A stretch of 64,000 bases of DNA from Candidatus Microgenomates bacterium (GTDB lineage: Bacteria; Patescibacteriota; Microgenomatia; Daviesbacterales; UBA10151): contig JACOYE010000008.1 of assembly GCA_016182045.1 (NCBI GenBank), positions 64,502 through 128,501 on the forward strand, in the 5' to 3' direction. Made by a program: the position numbers and the translations under genes. Shown here in pieces: positions 19,290 through 28,693 of this stretch (position 1 is its first letter; each line of letters begins with the position of its first letter). The notes under the pieces were generated by a model. It searched no databases and had not been told where the DNA came from. It saw only the letters and a program-made list of their open reading frames with translations.

Positions 19290-21164
19290 TTATTCCCCTA
19301 AACTCCTTCCAGAATCTGTAGCCTGAGGATAGATATCCTTAATTAAATTATTTTTATCCTCGGAAAGATACCATCTTAAAGCTTCTTTTACTATTGGCGC
19401 TGCAACAGATGATCCTTCTCCTCCTCCCTCTATTAAAACCGTCATGACAATTTTGGGATCATCGACCGGAGCAAAAGAGGTGTACCAAGCATGAGTTCTA
19501 TCTTTAGGATCACCATATTCTGCAGTTCCTGTTTTACCGGCTGTTTCTATTGGGAAAGTAAAAAAGGGCCAGGCCGTTCCCCCTGATTTTGCAGCTTCTT
19601 TTAAACCTTCTTTAATGACAGACACATCACTCTTGGGGACAATACCCTTAAGCAGTATCTGGGGTTTAAACTCTTTTAAAACTTTTCCTCCGCTTTCTAC
19701 CCTTTTTAAAAGCTGCGGCTTAAAAAGTGAACCATCAGCCGAAACAAAGGATGTTACACCTAATATTTGTAAGGGGGTTGTCAGAATAAATCCCTGACCG
19801 ATACTAAGATGCAAGGTATCTCCGGGATACCAGGGTAGATTAAGTGCTTTTTGTTTCCAAGCTTCATCCGGCACTAAGCCGGTCTCCTCACCCGGCAAAT
19901 CTATCCCCATTGTTTGCCCCAGTAATAATTTCTTAGACCAATCAATCAAACCTTGCTCACCTATGGTCTGACCGACTCTATAAAAGTAGGTATCATTGGA
20001 ACGTTTCAAAGCTTTAATCAAATTAACTAACCCTTCAGTTTTACCATACTGATTAAAGTACCAATTGGAAAATCTGAAAGTTCCCAGATAAATTACCCCG
20101 CTGTCTTCAAAAACTGTTTGGGGGGTAATCTTACCGGAGGATAAAGCAGCCAAGGCAGAAACTATCTTAAAAGTAGATCCGGGAGGATATGTCCCTGCTA
20201 TGGCTCTATTTAAAATTGGAGAATTAGGATGAGAAAAAATTCTATTTATTTCTCCCTCATCTATTCCCCTGGTAAATAAATTAGGATCAAAGGTGGGAAA
20301 AGATAGCAATGCCAAAATCTGACCACTGGCTGGTTCCATAGCCACAACAGCCCCACAACAGCTATTAACCTTAATCAGTGTTTCCAGGGTTTTTTGGTAG
20401 ACTTTATCTTGCAGATCGGCATCAATCGCCAGATAAATATTTTGTCCTGAAATAGGGGGTGTCTTGCGAAGGGTTCTAATTTTCACCCCTTTAGAATCTA
20501 CCTCTATAATTTCTCCTCCATCTGCACCTCTTAGCAAACTTTCATATTGAGCTTCTATGCCGGAGAGACCTATTCTGTCTCCCATCCTATATCCTTTAAA
20601 CTGTCCACTTTTCAGTTGATCTTGAGAGATTTCTCCCACGTATCCTAAAATATGAGCTGTTTTCTCCCCCATCGGATAATTTCTGACACTGTCTATCTCC
20701 AGACTTTGAGCTCTGGGATCATCGTTAACCTCAAACTCCAAGGCCTCCTCTCTGGAAATGAGCTTAGCCCTCTGAGTAGTCTCATCAAATAATCTAAAGG
20801 CCGGCGAATTGGCAGCCAATATTTTTCCATTGCGATCAAAAATGACTCCTCTAGGTGCATGAATTACTTTCACCCCAATCCTGTTACCATCAGCCAGTTC
20901 CCGGTTATCTTTACCTTTGACTATTTGTAAATGGAAAAGGCGCATTAAAATAATGGCAAAAATTACCAAACATACACTCAGTATTAAGATCGTTCTAAAA
21001 GGGGAAGACACAAGCTTTGTCTGTTTAAATTCACTCCCAAAATTAGGCAGCAGGTAATCTGTCCAATTACTATCTTCATTTTTATTTTTTACCTTTTTGC
21101 TGGGGAAGCTAACTTTGGCTAGTTCATCCCGGAAAGCATAACCTAACGATTTTTTTCGGACCAT
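19290..21164 (-). CDS. mrdA: penicillin-binding protein 2 (class B PBP transpeptidase)
   Basis: 624 aa; N-terminal TM, dimerisation domain, STFK/SxN/KTGT transpeptidase motifs; downstream of mreC-mreD. Confidence 0.85.
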   Translation of the reverse strand: MVRKKSLGYAFRDELAKVSFPSKKVKNKNEDSNWTDYLLPNFGSEFKQTKLVSSPFRTILILSVCLVIFAIILMRLFHLQIVKGKDNRELADGNRIGVKVIHAPRGVIFDRNGKILAANSPAFRLFDETTQRAKLISREEALEFEVNDDPRAQSLEIDSVRNYPMGEKTAHILGYVGEISQDQLKSGQFKGYRMGDRIGLSGIEAQYESLLRGADGGEIIEVDSKGVKIRTLRKTPPISGQNIYLAIDADLQDKVYQKTLETLIKVNSCCGAVVAMEPASGQILALLSFPTFDPNLFTRGIDEGEINRIFSHPNSPILNRAIAGTYPPGSTFKIVSALAALSSGKITPQTVFEDSGVIYLGTFRFSNWYFNQYGKTEGLVNLIKALKRSNDTYFYRVGQTIGEQGLIDWSKKLLLGQTMGIDLPGEETGLVPDEAWKQKALNLPWYPGDTLHLSIGQGFILTTPLQILGVTSFVSADGSLFKPQLLKRVESGGKVLKEFKPQILLKGIVPKSDVSVIKEGLKEAAKSGGTAWPFFTFPIETAGKTGTAEYGDPKDRTHAWYTSFAPVDDPKIVMTVLIEGGGEGSSVAAPIVKEALRWYLSEDKNNLIKDIYPQATDSGRSLGE

Positions 21165-21168
21165 ATAA

Positions 21169-21615
21169 TTAAACCTTAAGCTTTATATCCTTTCTGGCAA
21201 CAAATCTTTCTTCCCATATTCTGACCAAATATAAAATGGGTAAAGAAAGCAGACTTTCCAGCAAAACTTGTGGCATCAATTCAAAAGAGTGCTGAGTAAT
21301 TAACCAAACTGTTGCCTTATTTAAAGAAAGCAAAATAAAGCTTATCGGCACTATTGTCAAATAATTTGTGGCAAAGGGCGATCTTGATAAACCTTGAGTT
21401 ATTTGAACAATTAATAAATAAACTACACTTTGAAGACCCAAAGGATCAAGATTGAGGTGAGAAATAAATAACCCGAATGTAAACGCCAAATAAAGATTTG
21501 ATTTTTCGGCTTTGATATAGGCGCGGCAAATTAGAATTATTAAAACCAGATTAATGGGCAATATGGTTGATTGCAAAAAAGAGGCTAATATTAAGATGGC
21601 GATTAGGGTCTTCAT
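21169..21615 (-). CDS. mreD: rod shape-determining protein MreD
   Basis: 148 aa polytopic membrane protein between mreC and PBP2. Confidence 0.55.
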   Translation of the reverse strand: MKTLIAILILASFLQSTILPINLVLIILICRAYIKAEKSNLYLAFTFGLFISHLNLDPLGLQSVVYLLIVQITQGLSRSPFATNYLTIVPISFILLSLNKATVWLITQHSFELMPQVLLESLLSLPILYLVRIWEERFVARKDIKLKV

Positions 21616-21621
21616 GCTATT

Positions 21622-22410
21622 CTATTCGATAATCACAAATACCAATTCTAAATCTCTTATATCAAAAACCGCCCCAACTTTAGCTTGTTTAAAAACCTCA
21701 TTTTCTCGTTCCAAAACCTCTGTCACGCTACCCAAAATTAGTCCTCTTGGTAAATACCCCTCCGTCCCTTCTGTATAGACTAAATCACCCACTTTGATAT
21801 TTTCCTCATGCAAGATTTTATCCAATAAAAGTTCCAATCCAAACTGGCCTACCAGTATCCCTTTTGCCCTGCCTTCCAACCCTTGGGAAAAAGCTGCCAC
21901 TTTAGAGTCGGGATCAGCCAGAAGTTGGATACTGGCACCATTTTGTGAAACTTGAAAGATCCTACCAATATAGTTATCTTTAAAAACAACCGCCTGACCA
22001 ATCTTTATCCCGGAAGATAAACCCTTGTCAATTTTTAAATACCTTCCCAAACCGATTGGCCGGGCCGGCAATAAATTATAAGTTTTGGGGTCTATGACCT
22101 GCTGCTGTGACAGTAATGCCTCTATTTCTGCCAATTTTTTTCTTAAAGTGGCATTCTCGGAAATTAACTGTCCAATCTGTTCTTTTAAAGCTGAGTTTTG
22201 CTGGGCGGCAAACCTGGCGGAAAAGATAAAGTAAAATTGTTTACCTACCAGCTGGCTATTTCTATAAAGACCAAATGAGATGGGATTAGTAATATAAAAG
22301 GTCACTGCTTTAGGCCAGTTTAAAAATTGCCAGCCATCTAAAGCCAAAATTAATAAACTTAGAAGCGTAAGAGTCAGAAATGCTTGTAAATTAGGAAGAA
22401 TTTTACTCAT
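21622..22410 (-). CDS. mreC: rod shape-determining protein MreC
   Basis: 262 aa; N-terminal TM, coiled coil, beta-rich C-domain. Confidence 0.75.
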   Translation of the reverse strand: MSKILPNLQAFLTLTLLSLLILALDGWQFLNWPKAVTFYITNPISFGLYRNSQLVGKQFYFIFSARFAAQQNSALKEQIGQLISENATLRKKLAEIEALLSQQQVIDPKTYNLLPARPIGLGRYLKIDKGLSSGIKIGQAVVFKDNYIGRIFQVSQNGASIQLLADPDSKVAAFSQGLEGRAKGILVGQFGLELLLDKILHEENIKVGDLVYTEGTEGYLPRGLILGSVTEVLERENEVFKQAKVGAVFDIRDLELVFVIIE

Positions 22411-22475
22411 TATTAGGCTAATTTATACCACACTATTGAAATAATTTCCCCCACAAGTTATATTCTATTAAACTT

Positions 22476-23231
22476 ATGTCCAACACCTTTTTAGACAAAT
22501 TAACTCTCAAATGGAAAGACGGTAAATTTGTCTGTGTGGGATTGGACTCGGCTGATCTGAAACTTAATAAATCTGTTATTGATCAAACTTTTGATTTAGT
22601 TTGCGCTTATAAACCTAACTCTGCATTTTATGAGGCAGCCGGTGCAAAGGGTTGGGAATCCCTTAAACAAACCATTAATTATGTTCATCAAAAAGATTCC
22701 TCTATCCCTGTAATTTTGGATGCTAAAAGAGGCGATATTGGTAATACTAATGAGGAATATACGAAAGCCGCATTTGATGGTCTGGGAGTTGATGCTGTAA
22801 CTGTTCATCCATATCTTGGCAAAGAATCCTTGGAGCCTTTCTTGAAAAGATCGGACCGCGGGGTTTTGGTGCTGGTTAAAACATCCAATCCCGGTGCAGG
22901 TGAATTTCAGGATCTTAAGATTGAGGGAAAACCATTATATCAAGTTGTGGCTGAGCATGTTAAGAGTTGGAATACTAATAATAATGTAGGGGTAGTTGTA
23001 GGCGCAACTTATCCTGAAGAGCTAAAAAAGGCCAGGGAAATTGTTGGGGATATGCCAATCTTAATTCCCGGAATAGGCGCGCAAGGTGGAGAGGTTAATA
23101 TGCTTAAAAATGGATTGGACAGCAATAGGGCAGGAATTATTGTTTCATCCTCCAGGGCAATAATCCTTGCAGATAACCCAAGGGGTGCTACGCTTAAACT
23201 GCACCAGCAAATTCAGGAGGCGCTAAAATGA
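22476..23231 (+). CDS. pyrF: orotidine 5'-phosphate decarboxylase
   Basis: 251 aa; DAKRGDIGNT active-site motif. Confidence 0.9.
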   Translation: MSNTFLDKLTLKWKDGKFVCVGLDSADLKLNKSVIDQTFDLVCAYKPNSAFYEAAGAKGWESLKQTINYVHQKDSSIPVILDAKRGDIGNTNEEYTKAAFDGLGVDAVTVHPYLGKESLEPFLKRSDRGVLVLVKTSNPGAGEFQDLKIEGKPLYQVVAEHVKSWNTNNNVGVVVGATYPEELKKAREIVGDMPILIPGIGAQGGEVNMLKNGLDSNRAGIIVSSSRAIILADNPRGATLKLHQQIQEALK

Positions 23232-23872
23232 ATACTTCAGAACAGGTTGCCAAAATTCTTCTTGAGTTAAATGCAATTACCCTACGTCCCCAAAAACCAT
23301 TTAGATATGCTTCAGGTATTTTAAGTCCTGTTTATACTGACTGTAGGGTATTAATGGCTTATCCTGATAAAAGGAGACAGATTACGGATTTATATATAGA
23401 TACTATCCAAAAATCCAAAGTGCAATTTGAGGTGGTGGCGGGGACTGCCACAGCCGGCATACCCCACGCCGCCTGGATTGCTGATAAGTTAAATTTACCC
23501 ATGGTATATGTCAGGGGGAAAGCTAAAGACCACGGTAAGGAAAATTTAATGGAGGGAATCATCAAGTTTGGACAAAAAGCCATTGTGATTGAGGATTTGG
23601 TGTCCACAGGTGAAAGCGCCATTAATAGTGTTAATGCTATAAGAGCAGCTGGAGGAGAAATTTCCCATGTTTTTTCCATCATCACATATGGGATGAAAAT
23701 TGCTGAGCAAAATTTTAAGAATAATGGTCTAAAATTAGTCTCTTTAACTAATTTTGGGGATGTGGTAAAAATTGCTCAAAAGATGAACTATATAAATAAG
23801 GAAGAAATGGCCACTGTTTTGCAGTGGACCAAAGATCCACCTTCCTGGGGTAAACGCATGGGATTTGAATGA
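23228..23872 (+). CDS. pyrE: orotate phosphoribosyltransferase
   Basis: 214 aa; PRPP-binding motif (IVIEDLVSTGES); 4-bp overlap with pyrF. Confidence 0.9.
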   Translation: MNTSEQVAKILLELNAITLRPQKPFRYASGILSPVYTDCRVLMAYPDKRRQITDLYIDTIQKSKVQFEVVAGTATAGIPHAAWIADKLNLPMVYVRGKAKDHGKENLMEGIIKFGQKAIVIEDLVSTGESAINSVNAIRAAGGEISHVFSIITYGMKIAEQNFKNNGLKLVSLTNFGDVVKIAQKMNYINKEEMATVLQWTKDPPSWGKRMGFE

Positions 23873-24105
23873 TTAAGGTTTTTAGAAAACTAAATCTTGA
23901 TAAAGATGAGCTAGGAGCACTATCTAAATTCATGGTTGATGTAGCAAAGGGTATTTTAGGTGCTCCTCTTATTATTTATCTGGTTTCTGGTTTTTCACTA
24001 CTTGTTTTATTGATCATATTTTTGATAGACTTAGCAGTAGTCACTTTATTTTTAATTGGAGCATTGCAGATCCATCGAGTAGCTAAAAGGAGGTCACATG
24101 GATGA
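23869..24105 (+). CDS. hypothetical small membrane protein
   Basis: 78 aa, two TM helices; a further ~49-aa TM ORF follows at ~24102-24248. Confidence 0.3.
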   Translation: MIKVFRKLNLDKDELGALSKFMVDVAKGILGAPLIIYLVSGFSLLVLLIIFLIDLAVVTLFLIGALQIHRVAKRRSHG

Positions 24106-24254
24106 AAAAACTTTAGGAGCAATAATGATTGCTGTTGTATATCCTCTCATGATTTTGTCAGTTGCCTGGGGATTTATTTTACTTCTTCAATGGTCTGAAA
24201 AATCTAGACGTTCTTCAAAAAGAGTTGAGCACAGAATAAGAAAATAATACCCAT

Positions 24255-25337
24255 CTATAGCTTAGCTTTTATTTCCTGAGCCAAATTTGGATTCCACATA
24301 GCGCCTGTTGCTGATTGGACTATATCTGCTCCCGCTCTTCTATATTCAAAATAATCCTCAGGTGTCATCACCCCTCCTACTCCCACAATGGCAAAATCAC
24401 TGTTCAATTTTTCTCTGATTATTTTCAACCTTTTTACCATATCCAACCCTGCCCACTTAATCCCTGCCCCACAAATACCAGCAGATAATCTCCCTGGACC
24501 GGGTAAGGCTTGTTCTCCCCTTTCATTAACCACTGGACTGGGAATAGTGTTGATGGCAGAAATACCATCAACGTACTGAGCTATTCTTTTTATAATATCT
24601 TCTAATAAATCCTGTTGAGCGGAGGAAAAGTAACCCATTTTTGCCAAAAGTTTAGTATCTCCCAATACTTTTCTGACCTTTTTACAAATGCTCTCCACTG
24701 CCTCTTTTGAATAACACAAAATACCTTCTGAGGCCACATTTGGACAAGATAAATTAACCTCAATTACTTTTACTCCAGTCTCTTTGGCTAATTTTGCTGC
24801 AAGAGCAAAATCATCATAATAATCTTCAGCACTAAATCCCTCTTTAATGGTTCCCACAACAGAGGCTATTAAAAGCTGTCCCTTGCCTTCGGCTTCAACT
24901 GCCTTTTTCATATCTTCTTGCCAAATACTAGCATCTGGTGAAGGATTACCAAAAGAGTTGGTAATACTAATCTTTAATAAACTATCTGGAGCCTTTAAGC
25001 TTGCCTTAAGAGGCTTTTTAGTTTTTTCCAAAGTTAAATCACCCTCAGTTTCCACAAATAAAACATTAGGCCAATCATTTACCGGAAATTTAACAGACCT
25101 TCTGGTTTTATAATGAATCACATCAAAACATTTTTCAAAAGCAGCCTTACAAAATTTGGAATTTAAAAGAGGGCCTGAAGGAATTCCAAAAGGGGTATGT
25201 ATTTTAAAACCTAAAAAATCATACTGAGGTTCACCAACTTCCCTTAAATCTTTTCCGTCTGCAAAAGATCCATATGGCCCCTGATCATAATTCTCTTCAT
25301 AGCTCTTTGTTGGATCGTAAAAAGGCGTCTTTAACAT
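24255..25337 (-). CDS. pyrD: dihydroorotate dehydrogenase
   Basis: 360 aa; TIM-barrel DHOD motifs (…NLSCPNV…, GGV/GI FMN site). Confidence 0.85.
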   Translation of the reverse strand: MLKTPFYDPTKSYEENYDQGPYGSFADGKDLREVGEPQYDFLGFKIHTPFGIPSGPLLNSKFCKAAFEKCFDVIHYKTRRSVKFPVNDWPNVLFVETEGDLTLEKTKKPLKASLKAPDSLLKISITNSFGNPSPDASIWQEDMKKAVEAEGKGQLLIASVVGTIKEGFSAEDYYDDFALAAKLAKETGVKVIEVNLSCPNVASEGILCYSKEAVESICKKVRKVLGDTKLLAKMGYFSSAQQDLLEDIIKRIAQYVDGISAINTIPSPVVNERGEQALPGPGRLSAGICGAGIKWAGLDMVKRLKIIREKLNSDFAIVGVGGVMTPEDYFEYRRAGADIVQSATGAMWNPNLAQEIKAKL

Positions 25338-25972
25338 CAGGAGTATTTTAGCACTTTTAATAATTCTTCTAAATCATCAATTACAAAATCAGGATTGCTC
25401 TTGGCAATATTTTTTCCACCAAAACCATAAGTTACCCCCACGGTTTTAACACCTGCATTTTTACCCATTTCTATATCTGCTGTAGCGTCACCCACCATCA
25501 AGGCATTGTCAGGTTTAATATTTAATTTCTTTAAAGCTATAATCACTCCTTCAGGATGAGGTTTAGGATTTGAGACTTGATCACCGGTAACAATAACATC
25601 AAATAAATCCTCATTCATCCCTGAGGCCTTTAAGGTCTTTGAGGTATTTTTCATTCTACTGGTGACAACACCAATTTTAAAACCTAAATTTTTTAATTTT
25701 CTTATGACAGAAATAATAGAGGGGAAACTTTTTATCAAATGAAAACGTTCTTCCTGAAAACTGATATGTGTATCAACTAAACTCTTGTGGTCACCTTTTG
25801 GTGCTATAGTTTGATAAATCACTTCCAACCCATGTCCAATCAATGGAGCCAATGCTTCTCTTTTTACAACTTCGAGTTTGTGAAAGGACAAGGCATATTC
25901 ATAAGCCTGATATATAAATTCAGCCGTATCAACCAAAGTTCCGTCTAGATCAAAAAGGACAGCCTTTTTCAT
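25337..25972 (-). CDS. HAD-superfamily hydrolase (phosphatase-like)
   Basis: 211 aa; DLDGTLVD motif I, typical HAD IA organisation. Confidence 0.8.
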   Translation of the reverse strand: MKKAVLFDLDGTLVDTAEFIYQAYEYALSFHKLEVVKREALAPLIGHGLEVIYQTIAPKGDHKSLVDTHISFQEERFHLIKSFPSIISVIRKLKNLGFKIGVVTSRMKNTSKTLKASGMNEDLFDVIVTGDQVSNPKPHPEGVIIALKKLNIKPDNALMVGDATADIEMGKNAGVKTVGVTYGFGGKNIAKSNPDFVIDDLEELLKVLKYS

Positions 25973-26257
25973 TTTTTAGTATGCATCTTTAACCATTTTG
26001 TTTTAAGAATTCATATAAAACAGCCAGAGCAGTTCTTTTATTACCATCTAAGAACGGATGGTTTAATATCATAGAATGAAAAAGTCCTTAATAATCTTCT
26101 GCTGGTAGAAAATTGCTTGCTCTGCGGTTACATATTTTACCTTATTCATCTTTTGGCAAGCTCCTTAAGAACCGGCCTATACTCTTTGATAAATTCCTCG
26201 ACAGAAACAACAAACTCAGGAGTGATACCGGAGGATTTTTCACCGCCTTTCTTTTAT

Positions 26258-26322
26258 GTTATAATCGTTTACGATTACATCGTTCACTTCTTGTAACGTG
26301 AACGTTATAACATAATTATAAT
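26258..26322. ncRNA. structured AT-rich element, copy A (outer stem GTTATAA/TTATAAC enclosing two hairpins; followed by TATAAT)
   Basis: shares the conserved blocks GTTATAATCG / CGATTACATCG / TTCTTGTAACG / GTTATAAC with copy B at 59278-59343; stems differ in sequence but stay complementary. Confidence 0.45.
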
Positions 26323-26335
26323 ACATTTAGAGACT

Positions 26336-27397
26336 TCACCTCAACCCTCCTGTTACCTTAACTTTAGAAAGAAGATCCAAATTCTCCAATACCTCCCCAC
26401 AGCCTCTGACCACAGTTGTGAGCGGATCATCCGCCAAATAAACCGGGATCTTTGTTTCCTCTGCCACCTTTTTATCCAAACCCCCAAGGAGTGCTCCCCC
26501 CCCTGCTAAAAATATTCCCCTCTCCACTATATCTGTTAACAACTCAGGAGGAGTTTCTTCTAAAACTTCTTGGATAACTTGGACAATTTGTGTAACTGTG
26601 GGAGTTAAAGCTTCTCTTATTTCATTAGCCGATACTTTGATGGATTTAGGCAAGCCCGATGCCAAATCACGGCCACGGATAACTGTGGCCATATCATCTT
26701 TACCGTTTAAAGGATAAGCAGAACCAATTTCTATCTTGACCTCCTCGGCAGTTTTTTCCCCAATTAACATGCCATAGCGGGTCCTCATATAATTTACGAT
26801 ATCCTCATCTAACTCATCCCCGGCCACCCTTAAGGATCTATTGATTACCATTCCACCCAAGGAAATGACAGCTATCTCACAAGTGCCTCCTCCGATATCT
26901 ACAATCATCACTCCTTCCGGATCTTCAACCGGAAGGTTGGCTCCTATGGCTGCGGCCATCGGTTCTTCAATCAAAAAAGCCTGCCTGGCACCGGCCACCA
27001 AACAAGCATCCTGAACAGCTCTTCTTTCTACTTCTGTCACCCCTGAGGGAATTCCCACCACCACCCGAGGCTTGGGGATTTTTGGCATGAAGAATCCCCC
27101 TGAGGGTGTTTGATGAACTTTATGGATAAAATAACGGAGCATAGCCTCAGTTGTATCAAAATCGGAAATGACCCCATCTCTTAAAGGTCTGACAGTCTCA
27201 ATGGCAGCTGGGGTTCTTCCCAGCATTCTTTTGGCCTCCCCTCCTATGGCCAGGATCTGTCTGGTTTTTTTATGGAGGGCCACCACAGTCGGTTCTCTGA
27301 TGATAATCCCCTTGCCTTTAACTAAAACTAGGGTATTAACTGTGCCTAAATCTATTCCTATATCATGTGTGAAATATTTCCAAAAGGGGCCTAACAT
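26336..27397 (-). CDS. mreB: rod shape-determining protein MreB
   Basis: 353 aa; actin-fold ATPase motifs (GIDLGT, DIGGGT). Confidence 0.95.
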   Translation of the reverse strand: MLGPFWKYFTHDIGIDLGTVNTLVLVKGKGIIIREPTVVALHKKTRQILAIGGEAKRMLGRTPAAIETVRPLRDGVISDFDTTEAMLRYFIHKVHQTPSGGFFMPKIPKPRVVVGIPSGVTEVERRAVQDACLVAGARQAFLIEEPMAAAIGANLPVEDPEGVMIVDIGGGTCEIAVISLGGMVINRSLRVAGDELDEDIVNYMRTRYGMLIGEKTAEEVKIEIGSAYPLNGKDDMATVIRGRDLASGLPKSIKVSANEIREALTPTVTQIVQVIQEVLEETPPELLTDIVERGIFLAGGGALLGGLDKKVAEETKIPVYLADDPLTTVVRGCGEVLENLDLLSKVKVTGGLR

Positions 27398-27498
27398 GAG
27401 GGAAGTTTAACATAAGAACTTGTCTATCCACAATAACTTACATAGATTTTTAAGATAGTAGGTGATAAAATTTCCTAAGTTTATTTTACAACTATATA

Positions 27499-28077
27499 AT
27501 GAGTAGCCCAGAGAGAAAGGTCATACAGGTAACAAAATTTCTTGCTCAAGAAACTGGCGACATTAGGGGCAAGTTAACCTGCTATCCCACTTCAATAGTC
27601 AATGCTGCTATTGCATTAGAAGTGGTGACTACTGAAGAAGCTCGGATAGCCCACACGGAAATTATTAACCAATTAATAACTATTCCAGACCTTTGGAATG
27701 GTCCAGTGCAAATAATCCGAGCACAGGATACAAGAATTGCAGATATAATTGAAAACTATTTACCGATTAGACTAGGTGTTGATGATTCAGAAATTGGGCG
27801 TTTGATGAACGTCCCAAGAACATATACTCAAATCTATCAGAACCTTCTTGAAAGAAGACAAGCGCATGTAATAATAGTTCCCGATAGGGCTCATGCTTAT
27901 GCAGTTATCGGGGCTAGACAAGAAGGCTTAGCATATATTGACCCGTTTGATCCCTATACAATTCATGTCGGTTCTGAGGAGTGGTTTAAGAAAAATTTTC
28001 AACCAGACAACGATGGATGTTTTGGTACCACTCCTGTCCGGCAACGAGTTAGGGTATTAGGTGTTTATGAGACATGA
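27499..28077 (+). CDS. hypothetical protein (possible papain-like Cys/His fold)
   Basis: 192 aa; ordered Cys (…LTCYPTS…), His (…RAHAYAV…), Asp (…YIDPFDP…) spacing; no confident family. Confidence 0.4.
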   Translation: MSSPERKVIQVTKFLAQETGDIRGKLTCYPTSIVNAAIALEVVTTEEARIAHTEIINQLITIPDLWNGPVQIIRAQDTRIADIIENYLPIRLGVDDSEIGRLMNVPRTYTQIYQNLLERRQAHVIIVPDRAHAYAVIGARQEGLAYIDPFDPYTIHVGSEEWFKKNFQPDNDGCFGTTPVRQRVRVLGVYET

Positions 28078-28080
28078 GGA

Positions 28081-28109
28081 TACATTTTTACGACGGCCGT
28101 CAAATAATG
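28081..28109. repeat. 29-bp direct repeat TACATTTTTACGACGGCCGTCAAATAATG (left copy)
   Basis: identical copy at 28617-28645; the two copies exactly bracket the PaaX-like gene. Confidence 0.7.
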
Positions 28110-28110
28110 A

Positions 28111-28614
28111 CTAGCGTCCGACATTATCTGATTCTAAAACAATTACCCAATCCTCTATTCCCACACTTTTTATAAATTCCCTTAAAACTTTTGTACAGTT
28201 TTTCTTAGTTGCCCAAACACTTTGTTGCCAATGAATAAAACCCCACTTCTTGAGGCTATCCCTCAATAAATTTCTTGCCTGTCTTCTTTTCTCAGGAACA
28301 TCAAATATGACTAGTCTCCACTTTCCATCCCACTTCTCATCTGACAGCTTAATACTTTCCCAAATAGCCTTTTGTCTTCCGTGATCTGTCAGCCGATATG
28401 CCAATTTTTCATCGCTGACAAAATCAATCATTCCTCTTTCCCTTAATCTTTTAACAGCCTGAGCAAGTGAGGCTTTTTTTAATGGTCTATCCCAACCAGC
28501 ACCCCATGCATAGGAGTATGAATGGTGGATTAAATCATCATATCTTACATATCCATCTATAGATTTTTCTAATGTAAGAAGAATAAACTTGGCGATACTA
28601 TTTTTTGTCCCCAT
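28111..28614 (-). CDS. PaaX-family-like transcriptional regulator (short form), paralog 2
   Basis: 167 aa; same architecture as 18742-19245 (…WDGKWRLVIFDVPEKRRQARNLLRDSLKKWGF…QQSVWA…). Confidence 0.6.
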   Translation of the reverse strand: MGTKNSIAKFILLTLEKSIDGYVRYDDLIHHSYSYAWGAGWDRPLKKASLAQAVKRLRERGMIDFVSDEKLAYRLTDHGRQKAIWESIKLSDEKWDGKWRLVIFDVPEKRRQARNLLRDSLKKWGFIHWQQSVWATKKNCTKVLREFIKSVGIEDWVIVLESDNVGR

Positions 28615-28616
28615 AA

Positions 28617-28645
28617 TACATTTTTACGACGGCCGTCAAATAATG
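28617..28645. repeat. 29-bp direct repeat (right copy)
   Basis: exact match to 28081-28109. Confidence 0.7.
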
Positions 28646-28693
28646 TCAACTTGTTTATAAATATAATGTTTGCTAGGATAATCTAAACATATT

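Noticed and set aside
26113-26301. 62-aa plus-strand ORF between the HAD gene and mreB
   Set aside because: It has no homology, its composition is biased, and its 3' part is the structured element copy A. It is interpreted as non-coding.
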